From: Paragordius varius
Lineage: Eukaryota > Animalia > Nematomorpha
NCBI GenBank assembly: GCA_964247055.1
Contig: OZ176058.1
Span: 2,914,001-2,978,000 of the forward strand
DNA: 64,000 nt
Direction: 5' to 3'
Below are positions 12,315 through 25,981 of this stretch, piece after piece. The notes below the pieces were generated by a model. That model worked only from the letters and a program-made list of their open reading frames with translations. It was not told the origin of the DNA and searched no databases. The position numbers and the translations under genes were made by a program. The number at the start of each line of letters is the position of its first letter. Position 1 is the stretch's first letter.

Positions 12315-14585
12315 AAATCAGTGTAAAACCACAAGCTAATTATAGAATCTATCGATTATCATGGTGTAATAGTTTCGGCCCTTACGAGTAAATTTAAAGT
12401 TTACTTTTGTGTAAGAAAATGCCGAAATTTGCGTTTTTTTAAAATTTTTTCGTGAAAGCTTCCCATTCCGAAATCACAAAAATATATCCAGAACTACATA
12501 TAATAGTTTTTTGTTAGATCGCTATAAAAGTCCTAAATTTTTTGCTTTTCTAAAATGGGCTCTCCTTAATACTTGGATACAACATATACATTTTAATCCT
12601 TCGATTCAAATTGAGGTAATTGGATGCCCGGGCCTGTTTAAAATTAAATAATTCAAAAAATATGGAATGAATTGAAGCCTTGACAAAAAGCACATTTATT
12701 ACATTAATAAACCGAAATATATAAAAAAAATTCATCAACTTAAAATTACTTTTTTCAGCTAAAATTTCAAGGTAAAAATTTAGTCAACATGACTTGTCTG
12801 CATTTAATAAAAATAATACAAAGTAAACCATTTTATCAAAGTTAGTGTGATTTAACACTTGGATACAACACATTCATTTCGATCTTCGATTCTTGGGGTG
12901 ATTGTATTACGATAGGCCGTTAATCAAACAATTTAAAAAATATAGAATGAATTAAAACCATGGCAAAAATTTGTCCATTTTTAACATTAATGAACCGAAA
13001 TATATAAAAAATTTCATTCAAAATTTTTTGATTTACTTATTTTTAGGGACTCAAAGTAAAAATTTAGTTCAACATGTCTATGCATTAGCAAAATTTAAAA
13101 ATAATATTAAATAACTTTTTTTATCAATGTTGTATGTGATTTAAATGAAAAATTAGCTTTTATTTTAGCTTTAATATCAAATAAATACCATATTTTGCAA
13201 AAACGTTGTCAAACAAAAATGGCGTCGAAGTAGTTTGATATGATTTTAGTTATTTCGACTTATATATATAATTTTTATTTATAGTCTGGTGTATTTAAAT
13301 ACCCCATTTTGAATTAAAGTGCTAAAAAAATTACCTTTCATTTTAGCTTTAGCATCAAATACCGTATTTTGCATAAATGTTGTAAAATAAAAGTTGCGTC
13401 GAAGTAGTTTGATATGATTTAAGTTACGACTTATATAAATATTTTTATTAAGAAAGAAGCATAAATTTAGATGGGGACCGTTTCCTTCAGTAGTTTTTAA
13501 AAATTTTGACTTAAATATAGTCTTAGGTTTTCAAATACCCCAATTTGAATCAAAGTGCTAAAAAAATAGCTTTTATTTTTAACATCAAATACACACGTAT
13601 TTTGCAAAAATGTTGTAAAATAAAAGTGGCGTCGAAGTAGTTTGATATGTATTATTTCAAAACCAAATATAATATTAATATTTCGGCTTATTTATGTATT
13701 TTTGTTAGCATAGAATAAATTTGGGACCATTACTTTCAGTAGTTTTATAAAAATATAAATTTAAATATAGCCTGGGATATTTAGATACCCCAATTTACCT
13801 CTAATTGTTAAAATAAGAGTATAAATTTTGAGAATGCTTAATAAAAATATAAAATATGCTAAATATGGATAACAACTAAAATTTTTAAAATTATTCATTT
13901 TTGCAAAATTTATTGAAGCGGACTTTATACTATTTTAAGGCAACGGTATAAAAACTTTTAAGATTATAAAAACCCTGTTTTTAGGCATTTCAATGATACT
14001 TAAGATTTCTATGTCAAAATTTTATAAAGTTCGTTTGCTTTAATATTTATTATTTTTGTAAAAACAACATTTTACATAATGAAGTCAAACAATGTTATAA
14101 TCAAAATTCTGAGGTGATAGAAATGTTCAGCATCATTTGGATAATAAAATGAATATCTAAAAGCCTTGTTATACTGTTTCAATCCCAAAATAGTATGAAG
14201 TATGCCTCAGCATAATTTGAAAATATTGAATTTAGTGTGCATTTTTTATATTTAATTGATATCAAAATTTAGTTTATAAAATTTTTTTTGCACTTTTGGG
14301 TTTATTTTAAGAAATCTGGACCTATTAAGAGCAAAACTGGAACGTTCACAGCCCACATCAATTTATTTTCACAAAATTTTGCTTTTTATAGAATAAAATT
14401 CAGTGATATTTTTGGAATGAAACATTTAGGCTTCACTATAATTAATGTGCCCAAATTTTGCCATCATGGAGTTGCCACAAAACTCTAAATAACTTTATTA
14501 TATCAGTCGCAAGGGCCAAAATGAAAGTACCATGATAATCCAAAAATTTTTAAGAGCAAGTTATTTTTTGGTAGACACTCTGTTA
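12315..14585. mobile_element. Non-autonomous DNA transposon with subterminal inverted GATTATCATGGT motifs (Tc1/mariner-like by ends), host to the TTAA nest
   Basis: GATTATCATGGTG...GGCCCTTA at about 12354 and its inverse AGGGCCAAAA...ACCATGATAATC...GACACTCTG at 14510-14582. Ends are approximate. Confidence 0.55.
12566..13811 (+). mobile_element. Nest of TTAA-flanked (piggyBac-like) MITEs: two left ends, three right ends
   Basis: Left ends TTAA(C/T)ACTTGGATACAAC at 12566 and 12852. Right ends ATACCCCAATTTGAAT..AAGTG(C/T)TAA at about 13321, 13557 and 13807. Confidence 0.75.
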
Positions 14586-15125
14586 TTAATTAATGTGTTA
14601 ACAATTTGCAATTCTACCTATTGCAATTTAAAATAATAGCTAATGTTAAAAAAAATCAAAATTATATCCATCATATTTCCCGTTAGGTAGCCTACATACC
14701 CGTAAAAGTGCTTAAAAAATGGTGCCTTACCCAAAAAAATTACTTTTCCTCAAATCTAGATAGATTGTTTGCGATGAAAATACATTAAGATATAAGAAAC
14801 TAAGACTCGCTATGCGAAAAGCTTCTTGCGCACACAATTTTATAAAGGGTTAATTTTTATAAGGATAATTTTCTTTAGTTTTTACATTTTGTCTCTATGA
14901 TTATCTTTTTAATGTATCAATGACCTATAGTGATTTGTCTTTATATAAACGTAAAAAATTATAATATAAAAAAATAAAATTAAAAACAATTATATTTTTT
15001 TATGCATTTTCCTTATATTTTCCTATAAATACTACGTAGTTCCAATTGTGAAATAAATTGATTGTGTCAATCAAGCTTTGCAATTTATATCGCTGAGTAA
15101 AGTTAAAAAAGTGAAGCGATCTTTT

Positions 15126-15169
<44 letters not shown>

Positions 15170-16879
15170 AATAAATATATATATATTAACACATTGTCTG
15201 TGTAATTTAACACTTTAATCTTGGGGTATAATACCCTAGACAATATTTAAGTTGATAATTTTAATGAAAGAAACGGCCATTTTAAATATATGCTTCTATC
15301 TTAATAAAAATTATATAAACAAAAAATAATTTTCATATTTTATTTGGACGCCTTTTATATTTTACAAGATTTTTGCAAAATATTATGTTTATTTGATTCT
15401 ATGTATTATCTTATGTTTACTATTTTTATTATAATTACATTTTTTCACAGAAAAAGTGGTTTCATATAATTTTCATATAAATGTTATATAACAAACTTTT
15501 CCACAAAGTATTTAAATGCGGTACCCATACCCCAATTCGAAAATAAGGATTGTAATGAATGTGTTGTATGCCAAGTGACTATTTTAAAATAAAACAACTG
15601 ATTTTGTTTTTGGCTTTTGGTCGCAAGGATGTTACCCTCAAAATTAAATTTAAAATTAAAAAATATGGAAAGGCGATAGATATAATTTCATTTAAATTTA
15701 AAAATATTGTGAAAATACCAGAATAACAGGTAGTTTTTTATTTGAAAAATATAGGATATATTTAATTTTACCAAATCCCAAACAATTCCAATCTAAATAT
15801 TAATATAAATTTTGAAAAAATATTGTTTACGAAACAGAGTATAAAATTTGGTTATTATATTATGGATTAGTAAAATAAACCGTTGATAATATTCTAGAAA
15901 AACAGGTTTTTTTTAGATAACTATTTGTATACCAATTATAAAAAATTAGTCGAAAAACTAAATTAAAATTTATTAATATTTACCTATTTTTTACTTATTT
16001 TAAAACTTTTGGATATTGTATAATTTAAGAACCACAGACGAAATCCTGATTTTGAAAAATAATTAGCAAATTTTATTTATATTAATTTAAAAAAACTGAA
16101 AAATATTAAAAATAATATTTATATTAATTAATTTTTAGACTTAAAAGATTAAAAACGCTTTTTTGAATTAGATTTAAAATTCATTATCAACTCGATAAAA
16201 AGAATAATTGTTGAGAATTATTCAGAAAAAATTTTTTTTATATCTTAAATTAAAAAAACGCATTTATAATAATTAAATAAAAATATATATATAAATATAA
16301 ATAAATATAATTTTTTCCGAATTTTTTAGAAAAAATAACTATATATTTGCCACCATTTATTTTTTTATAAATATTTTTAATACCATATTTATATGTTAAA
16401 AAAATTTTTTTTAATCTATTTTTTAAATAATATATTTTTTTAAAAAATTAAATATATCATTAATATTTTCATTTGGCAAAATATTTAGCAAACCTTTTTT
16501 TTAAAAACCATTAAAATTATTTTAAAAAATTATATTTAATTAATTTTTTTAAAAAATATATTATTTTCTATAAAAGTTTATTTATTTTTTCCCCAAAAAA
16601 TCGCGAATAATATAGCATAAATTGTTTTTTTAAAAAAATTACAATTATTTAAAATTTTTTATTGAAATATTATTTTTTATATTTATATTTTATAAAAATA
16701 TTTTTAATTTTTCTAGAAAACCCAAAAAATGGCGTAATACTTAGCACAAATTGTTTTGTTATAACAATTAAAATTATTCAAAAATATTGAAATATTATTT
16801 TTAAAAAAAAATATATTTTATTTATAAAAATATATTTATTATTTAAAATATTTTTATCTTTTCTAGAAAATTCCAAAAA

Positions 16880-19305
16880 ATGGCCAAATATTTAGCGCAA
16901 ATTGTAGTTATTGGCGCCAGAATTATTTCTCAAGCTTTTGTTCGAGCGGTTCAACAAGAATATCAAGGTTTTTTTACAAAAAAATTTAAATTATTTTATG
17001 TAATATATTTAAATAAATAATATATTTTTTAAAAAAATTATTTAAATAAAAAATTAAAATTATTTTTTTATGATTTTTTAGAAGATAATTTTTGATGTGT
17101 TTTGATCATATATATATATATATATTAAACTAATATAAAAAAATATTTTTCATAATTAAAAATTATTAGATATTTTTAATAATATAATATATTTAAAATA
17201 TTTATCTATTTTATTTTATAGAAAAATAAAAATAATTAAATATTTTTTTAAGATTTTTATTTTTCAAAAATCATTTATATTTTATTTAAACAATATAAAA
17301 ATAATTTCTCATTTATCATTCTGTTTAAAACATATATTATATATAAAACTATTTAAAAAAATTTAAGATATTTTTAATAAGATATTGGTTTTTTTTAATT
17401 TTTATTTATATTAATTGGGAGAAATTTTCATATAAATTTATATATAAAATACATTTTATTTATTTAAATATATATAATTATTTAAATATTATATATATAA
17501 ATTTATTTAAATTTTTTGGTAATTAAATTAATTTTAAACATTTTTTTAAAATTATATGATTATATTCTTTTATTAATTTTATAAAATTATAACGAAAAAA
17601 TAAAATTATATTTAATTATTATATTTTTTTATTTAAAATATTTTTTGAATTTATTAAATTTTTTTTATTAATAAATTCATTTTAAACATTTGAAAAATAA
17701 ATTATATTTATAATTATATATAATTTAAAATTCTTTTTTTAGGATGATTATATATTTTATTTTTTAATTATTTTTTTAGCGGCCAAAATCGCTTCTCAAA
17801 GGACTCCTGGAAATTCTCGAAGTTCTGAAACTTCCCTAAATTTGAAGACTGGAATGAATTTAGAAGTTTATTTTTCATTTATATTTTGTATTTTTAATAT
17901 CAATTTTTAAAAAAATATATTTTTTAACTTATAAATTATTATGAAAATTAATTTTAAAAAAAAATGTTTCGATTTAAAATATTTTTGGGAGGCAAAACTA
18001 ATTTTGAATGCCAATTAACAAAAACCAAAGATCAATAATTTGAAAATATTAAATTTTAAGTATTATTGGTTTTATAAAAAAATTAATTAAATAATTTAAT
18101 ATATATATATTATAAATAATTTTTAGGAGGCAAAACAAATTTTAAATGTTGATTCGAAAAATTTGGTGGAAAATATTTCAGAAATCGAAAAAAAATTTGA
18201 ACATTTATTCCAACAAAATGCCAAGGAACGTGGAGGTTCCTTTTATCTGCAATCTAAAGTAAAATTAATATATGTAAATTAAAAAAACTTATAAATTTTT
18301 TCCATAATGTCGTTTTAATATTTTGAATTTTTTAAAAATTTTATAGAATTTTAGGTGTTTTTTAGGTTTTAAATTTTTTTATAATTACTTTTGGTAAAGA
18401 GTGCCCCCCTCCCCCCTTTTAAATATTTAGGGACTAAAAAGTTTTTTTTTGGATTTTGCAAATTTTCGGTGTTTAAAGGAATATTTAAAGTTTGTTAAGT
18501 AAACAATAACTTTTGTTTGCAATCTAAAATAAAATTTTCAAATTTTTAGTAATTTATTACAAATATTATTTTTTCTATTTCTATATCTAAATAATAAAAT
18601 TTTATTGTATAAAATAAAATGGTTTGGTTAAAAGAAATTCTGGGAAGAGTTTTGCTATATTTTATTGTAAAACGATTTTTAAAGTTTTTTTCTCTCATTT
18701 TTAATAAATTATTTTCAATTCGAATTGACCTTAAAAAAATATTGTGTTTTTGGGCACTATAATAGCATATTTTAGTATTTTTCAGTATTATTTTTTATTT
18801 TAATTAATCTTAAACACAAATAATTTATTTTAGGGGGAATTTGAGGTGTAAATGGATGGTATATTTAGTGATTTTTAACTATATTAAGAGAGTTTCTTGT
18901 TGCAATCTAAAGAGTAAATTTTTGTTTATGTGTAAAGATGATATCGAATGAATTAAAAGGGGGGACCCTGTTATTTTTTGAAGTTTTCAAGTTTAGCAGT
19001 TTTATAAGTAAATTTGGATGGTTTGAAAAAAAGTTTTATCAATTGTTAGAATTAAATTGTTAGCATTTTATTTGATAATAAGGTTTTTACCCAAATATTA
19101 AAATTAAATTACAAATTTTTTTTATTTTACCATTTTTAAAATTGAATATTTATTTAAATCTTTTTTTACATTCGAAAATAAAATTTTAGGCGTAAAATTA
19201 TGCGGAAATATTATTAATCTAACACGAAATTTCGTAAAATTAATTTTATAAACGATTTTTCTATTTTTGAAATTATTATTAATGCTTAAAATAAGTTTTA
19301 ATTTT

Positions 19306-19347
<42 letters not shown>

Positions 19348-19476
19348 TCCTAAATTAAATTTTATGTGTAAAAAATAAAAGAGTACTATAACCCCCTTGT
19401 AATTCCATGCTTTACCATTTTGTAAAATTTTATTTATAACAATTTTGTTTAATTTTTAATTATATTCTTTTTAAAA

Positions 19477-19514
<38 letters not shown>

Positions 19515-19722
19515 CCAAACTATATTAAATTTTATGTGCGAAAGGGGGGACCCTTGTGATTTTTTACGTTTAAAAGGGTCCTTGCCCTCTTGTAAAATGT
19601 TTAAAAATTTTATTTTATGTATCTAGATTATTCGCGCAAAAGAACGACTTGATCAAGAAATCAATTTTAGGAAAAAATTATCAGACAAAAAACAAAAAGA
19701 ATATAAAAAGGAAGATATTTGA
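16880..19722 (+). CDS. PAM16: Mitochondrial import motor subunit Tim16/Pam16 (Magmas), 133 aa, 4 exons: 16880-16967, 17780-17865, 18127-18258, 19627-19722
   Basis: Spliced translation [36 protein letters not shown]...[13 protein letters not shown]...[35 protein letters not shown]...KEDI*. It has the Pam16 signatures MAKYLAQI, EAxQILNV and [17 protein letters not shown]. All introns are GT-AG with consistent phases. Confidence 0.95.
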
Positions 19723-20368
19723 TTTTATTTATAAAAAAACTTGTGTAACTATCAATAAAATTAATACAAGTAAAAAAATTATAATTTATGGATAGTTACA
19801 TTTAATTTTATACATAATTCCATGGTAATATAGAATTTAAAATAATTTTATTTATGGTTATATTAGTTTTATTTAAAGTTACAAATTAATGTAAGTATCT
19901 ATAAAAATATTGCAACATTCTATAAAATTTATGTAATTATAAAATTAGTGTAGCTATCTATAAAATTAAACGGTGAAAAAAACTCCAATATAGAGAATCA
20001 AGAAATAAATTGTGATAATTATATTTGAATGTATGATTTTAATTGTTATTGATTGAATAAATATTATTGTAAATAAATATTTGAACAAAAATATTTATTT
20101 ATTAATTTTAAAATATTTTTTAAAAATATTTTACAACATATTCCACGAAAAATTGTTAATTTATTTCGTTTTTTATTATTGCATTTGTAATAAAAATTTG
20201 CATGGTCTTCACAATAGAGATTTTTTTTTAACTTTAAAACATTATCGATTTTTTAAAATTCCTAAATTTTTATATCTCGTCGGTTACTTCAAATAGTTTT
20301 TTGCAGGAATTCTAAATAATCGTCTGTAAAGAGCTCCTCTGTCGTCTGCTTTTTTTACCTCTTTATAG

Positions 20369-20598
20369 TACAGTAAAAATTAAAATTTTACGGACAAACT
20401 TAAAAAATAAAGACTTTTTTTTTCAAAAGACAACCATATTTTTTTTAAATAAAACTGATTTTTTTAAACTGCAAAGTATTTGATATGTTATTGGTAACAC
20501 AAATTAAATAATTTTCATATGAAAAAAGTATGGCAATTTGGAAATAATATTTGTCTATTAGCTTTTACGTTTTTTCTGTATATTTTCCATTTTCTGTA
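20369..20598. mobile_element. Representative of a very abundant about 230-bp TA-flanked MITE (TIR CAGTAAAAATTGAAATTATACGGACAAAACGTAAAAA)
   Basis: Inverted termini and internal AAAGACAACCATA. Roughly 20 whole or partial copies by eye, e.g. near 2740, 3390, 6545, 22255, 26200, 32420, 37590, 38980, 41370, 43270, 57965, 60418, 60870, 63980. Confidence 0.8.
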
Positions 20599-23500
20599 AA
20601 ATGTTAAACTATGCCATAAATAAATAATTTTTTACTAATGAAATAGAATGAATAAAAAATTAATTTAATAAGGTGACTTTAAAACGTTTAAGATATATAA
20701 CTTAATGAAAATTAAATTGATTTTTCCAAAAAAAATTGTTTGCTCGAGTTAGCTAAAAAAATCAGGCCATTTTAACAATGGGATTATCAGAAACTCTTCA
20801 GAGATTTATACTTATAATAAAGGTGGTTGGTTTTAATTATTGCAGGAAAATATATATAGATTAAAGCACATCGAAGTAAAAAAACATCCAATGACATCCC
20901 TAAAATTTTATAAAGAACAACCATCTATTAAACAGGAAGAGATTGGGTAAACTAAAATTTTTTAAATATAACTCAAACTTTCTGTGACGAAGTTTTGCAA
21001 AATTTACAATAAAATATTGTTAAGTTTAAACAATTTGATTATTGAATTGGGTTGATTATTTTACATACAACAAACTAGAAATAAACTTTAAACATTTTCT
21101 ATTAACAAATCTTAAATCATTATTACGTGGTTTAACTGAAGTTCTCAGCGATTGAATATAGTTTATGTATTCAACACAGGCCTATAATGGAACTTATAAC
21201 AAAACTTTTTTTTAAATATTAATTGAAATTCAGGAATTTTGGCTCAATATGCATAGAAGGTTTCCCATAATTTCAATATCTGAATTCATTATCAAAAATC
21301 TTGGTAAAATGGAGTTGTTTCTTTAAACAATTTCTCAATAAATCCTTTTGAATTTTCGCGGCGAATTAAAAGATAATAGTGAAATACTCGTAATTTTGTA
21401 CAGTTTTTGGAAAATCAATAAAATATTTGTTAATTTTGTGTTAGGCAGCCTTGATCAAAAGCATGAAGCTGTTAAAAGTCCACCCATATCCCTTTTTAAG
21501 TAGACTACTTCTACATTTATTAATACTGAAAGTGAGTGCTTAATAGTGGTATATTTAATTTAAAAAATGTTAGCTCCTTTCTGATATTATATATTTTTTA
21601 AATTAGAGACAAAATAACAGACGCATATTTTATAAAATAATTATATTACAAAAACTATTTATTCTCAAATGTTCTTTAGATTTATTTTCAAAATTAATTT
21701 AGCAATATTTATATAATATGGAGCGGAGAGCACAGGTACATTTTGTAGAATTGAGTAAAATTTAATTAATAAATTGATTAAAATGATTGGCTTTATATGC
21801 TATTATAAATTAAAATAATAAATTTATTTAAAAAACAATAAGATTCCAATACTTTAAATCTTTAGTTATATTAAAATGCGACATCAAATGATGTATATTA
21901 ATTTAAATATATTAGAATGTAAAAATATTTTTAACCATTTAAAGAGATTTATGAATTATTATTTATACAACGTTAATTTGAAAAGTAAGTAGAATAATTA
22001 TGTTAATGATAAATAGATTTAACCTAAAAATATTGAGTTTAGGTTAACATCCTAATTAAAAAAATAAAAAATATAATAAAGCTAATTCTTACTTGATCAT
22101 ATGCAACAAAAATAGCACTATATAATTTAAAATTTTTTAAGATGCAGAAATTAACAAGATAATACTTAGCTGAACAATCGTACTTTTATAGATTATTTAA
22201 TTTGATAGCAATTGGGTTGATAAAATATTTTTATTAGACGTGCATATATCGAATAAAAACTGAAATTATCGGGAAAAAACATAAAAATATAAAGACAGAC
22301 ATATTTTTATCCAAAAGACAACCATACTTTTAAATCTAACTTTTTTTTATATAACTCATTTTTTAAAATGGCAAAGTATAGAGATATTAATAAACACAAT
22401 CAATTCTATATTTTAGTAACTATATAGCTTATAAAAATTAAGGTTTTAAAATTATGATTGTTAAAATTTTCTTTAATATCCGAATAATTACAATTTTTCA
22501 TAGTTCGACTTAATATTAACGCATTTAACACCCTCCCTCTTCGTGGTTCATCTTTTACTATTTAATTGTTTGCAAATCAAATTTAATTTTATTCAACCAT
22601 ATGAGTAGGTATACATTTGTTTTACACAAATTATTGCCAAATATCATATGCAGCAAAGGCAGTATTTATTGGCTTATAGTTTTTATTTTCTTTTTACTAC
22701 TCTATAAGTCAATAATTCTTTTCGCTATTGCTATCTGGCAATATTTATGAAAAACTAGCAATGTATAATGACTTATACTGTATAATAGAGTTTATTTATA
22801 ACAAGTCTCTTTCTATAAAAGTCGCTTTGAAAAATAGTTACGAAAAAATACAGAAGTTGAAGTCAAGGCTTTTATGCCAAATATATGTATTTGATTTGAA
22901 GATATTTTTAAAAAAAAACTTTTAAAAAATGGTATTAGTTATTAAAATGATTTTTATGATCCCTATGTCCATAAATCTAGGGTTAAACCTAGTGTTAATT
23001 TTCAGTTTATTTTTCATGAATGTCAATTATATTATTTATACCAAAATTGCAAAGTTGGATATATACACGAAATCGATATGTGAAAACCCCAATTCAAATA
23101 GTTGTGTCCTACTAATGAGTGCTAACAAGCACGAACTATGCGATTACTGTCGACGAAAGGGTTTCACATATTATAATTTCTGTAAATAAATAAAACTTTC
23201 AAATTTTCTATTTAATTTTTGATTATCCTTATCTTACGGATTTTACAACTGTTACTCTTTTTGATTTTTTGTAAAACCATTTAATCATACAATATATATA
23301 TATATAAATTTTATATCGTTTTATTCACAGTTAAAAAATTATACAAAAACGTAAAACTAAAAATTCAACTTGAAGTTAAAACAATAAATTATATAAAAAA
23401 CTAATTTTGAAAAATAGAACGATCATTAGAAAAAATATAATGTTTATTCCAAATTACAGTCAATCTAGTCGAATATTCTTTTCGAATATCGCTATATAAT

Positions 23501-25638
23501 TAACCATGTTAATAGTTAAACACACTTGCTGAGTTGGGATTAAACTTATTCTCCAAATAGCTTAATATCGTTGTCACATCAACATAAAAAAAATTGAATA
23601 ATTGACATAGAAACAAATTTCCCATTACAACATTATTATTCCATAATACGTGATCAAAAATATAAAACTGATATATGATAAAAATATAAGGATTTTAGAT
23701 AAATTTAAAGTTGATTTGACTAAATTATATTTACAACATAAAAACTATAAAAATTATTAATTTTTATGTCAAAATTTAATTGTTTTTAAGCACATACTTA
23801 TATGGTCAAAAATAAATTGTTTTTAAGCACATACTTATATGAATTCTTATTTTATAAAGTTATTTTATTTTTGAAACGAATTTTTGTTAATAAAATTTAT
23901 GTATGAGCATTTCTAATATATAGTTAGTTTTTTACATATGAATAGTTGCAAATAAAAATTTAATATATCTCAACAGGATAGAAAGGCTCATTCACTTCGA
24001 TTAGTAAGTAATCCATGTGATGTGATTGAGCCCCTGTTGAGTTGGCCCATTCACATAGGCCTAGGCTAGAAGTAAAATACAGATTTAATCCCTAAAAATA
24101 TTAGGTTAGGATTAACATCTTAATATAATGAACAAAAATATTTGTGTATTACATTAATAGTGGATGATTGTAATAAGCCATCTATTTAAGAATTGTTCAA
24201 CTACACAATACAATTTAACGACACTCTCTTTAACAAATTGTTTTGCCATAATTAGTGCGATAATATTTCGCACAAAACTGGTTTTTTAAAAAAATAAACA
24301 GTTTAATTAGTAAAGAGGATTAATAAAATTTTACAAATTACAAAATTAAAATTTAATGTTACATATAAATAATATTAATTATTCAAACATATTTCGTTTA
24401 GAGGCCCTGCAAACTATCCCTCAAGTATATATTTTTTAAGCAATTCAGATTTATAATAAACAAAAGGTATAAATTAAAAGGCAAAGATTTTTTTGAAACC
24501 CTGATTTTTCCCGCATAAAATATATAATTATTATATTAAAATGTGAAATTCAATGCTTTACCAAAATACATATCCTCTCAAAACGATAAATTATAATTAA
24601 AAAAAGCAAGGATAAAAAGTTGGACCATGAGAGGATTGTGAGTCCTAAAATTGCCAAAAAGATTTTGCAAAAAATGTCGATTTAAAAAGAATTAAGGCAC
24701 AAAGGGTAAGCGCATTGATAACTTAATATGAAAGAATATTATTATATTTATTTACCTGTTGCCCAGTATTGTTTCAAATACACTTAAACATTACATTTTA
24801 AAACGACGGGGAGGGACTTCAATACGGTGCTATTTCAGGAATGTTTAACACAAATGGCTTCCCAGGCCGCATTTTTTTATTGAAAAATCTGACGGGCCAC
24901 ATTCGCGGAATATATGGATGGGCATTAACAAATATTTAATTAGATTTTAAATATAAAAATTAGAAATTACTATTTTCAACATTTTTTGTTAATTCATTGC
25001 CTAAATTCGAAAGAAAGTTGGTTCAAAAAATCATTTTTACTTATATTTCGTATTAAAAGCGATTCTAATTTATAATACAAAACTAACTAAAAGGCAATTT
25101 TTTTTAAAAAGATTTTGGTTGCAAATCAAGAATTCAAAATACTATAATTTAAACACATACAATTAAATATTTTAATTTGTTATCGTAAAGTATGGAAGAA
25201 AACCATTTAGACTAGAAAAAAGTAGTTATTTACTGTATATATGAATATAAAATATCCATTATTCATTTAAATGAACTAGATACCTTTTATTAATAACTTA
25301 TGAATCAACAAAATACATATCTAGATCATTGAAGTGAATACACTACTTTTTAAAATTTGAAAATAAAAATATTTCAAAATTTTTAACGCAATCTCGATTT
25401 ATGGCTCAAATTTTTAAATCAATTAAAAAGTTAAAGATAAAAAGCGCACTCGTTATCGTGAAAAAATATTTTAAAACAAAAACTAAAAAAACTTTTATAA
25501 TAAAATTATTTTCAATATTGTCAAATTTATTTGATAATCGGTAGGCAGCAAATATTAATATATAAAGAAATGGCAGTTATATTATCAAAAACCACACACA
25601 CACATTATGAATGCAATGCAAAACCCACATTTATAAAA

Positions 25639-25681
<43 letters not shown>

Positions 25682-25981
25682 CCAAAATTAACTTAAATTT
25701 AAAATTAAAAATGCAGTTTAAAAAAGAAAAATTTTGAATTATTAACCAAAAATATTAATTTAGTGTGTATTTGCTACATATTATGCATTTTTATCGATAA
25801 TATATATTTAATGTTTTTTTTGTGCGCCGAAAATGCATATTTTTATTAAAAATGGAATATATTTAGCAAAATTTTGGCCATTTTATGATTAAATTAATCG
25901 CAAATAATTGTGTTATTTATAAAGTTATTGAAGTTTGTTTGAAATTAAAATTATGATGACTTTTAAACACAAATTATTTTT

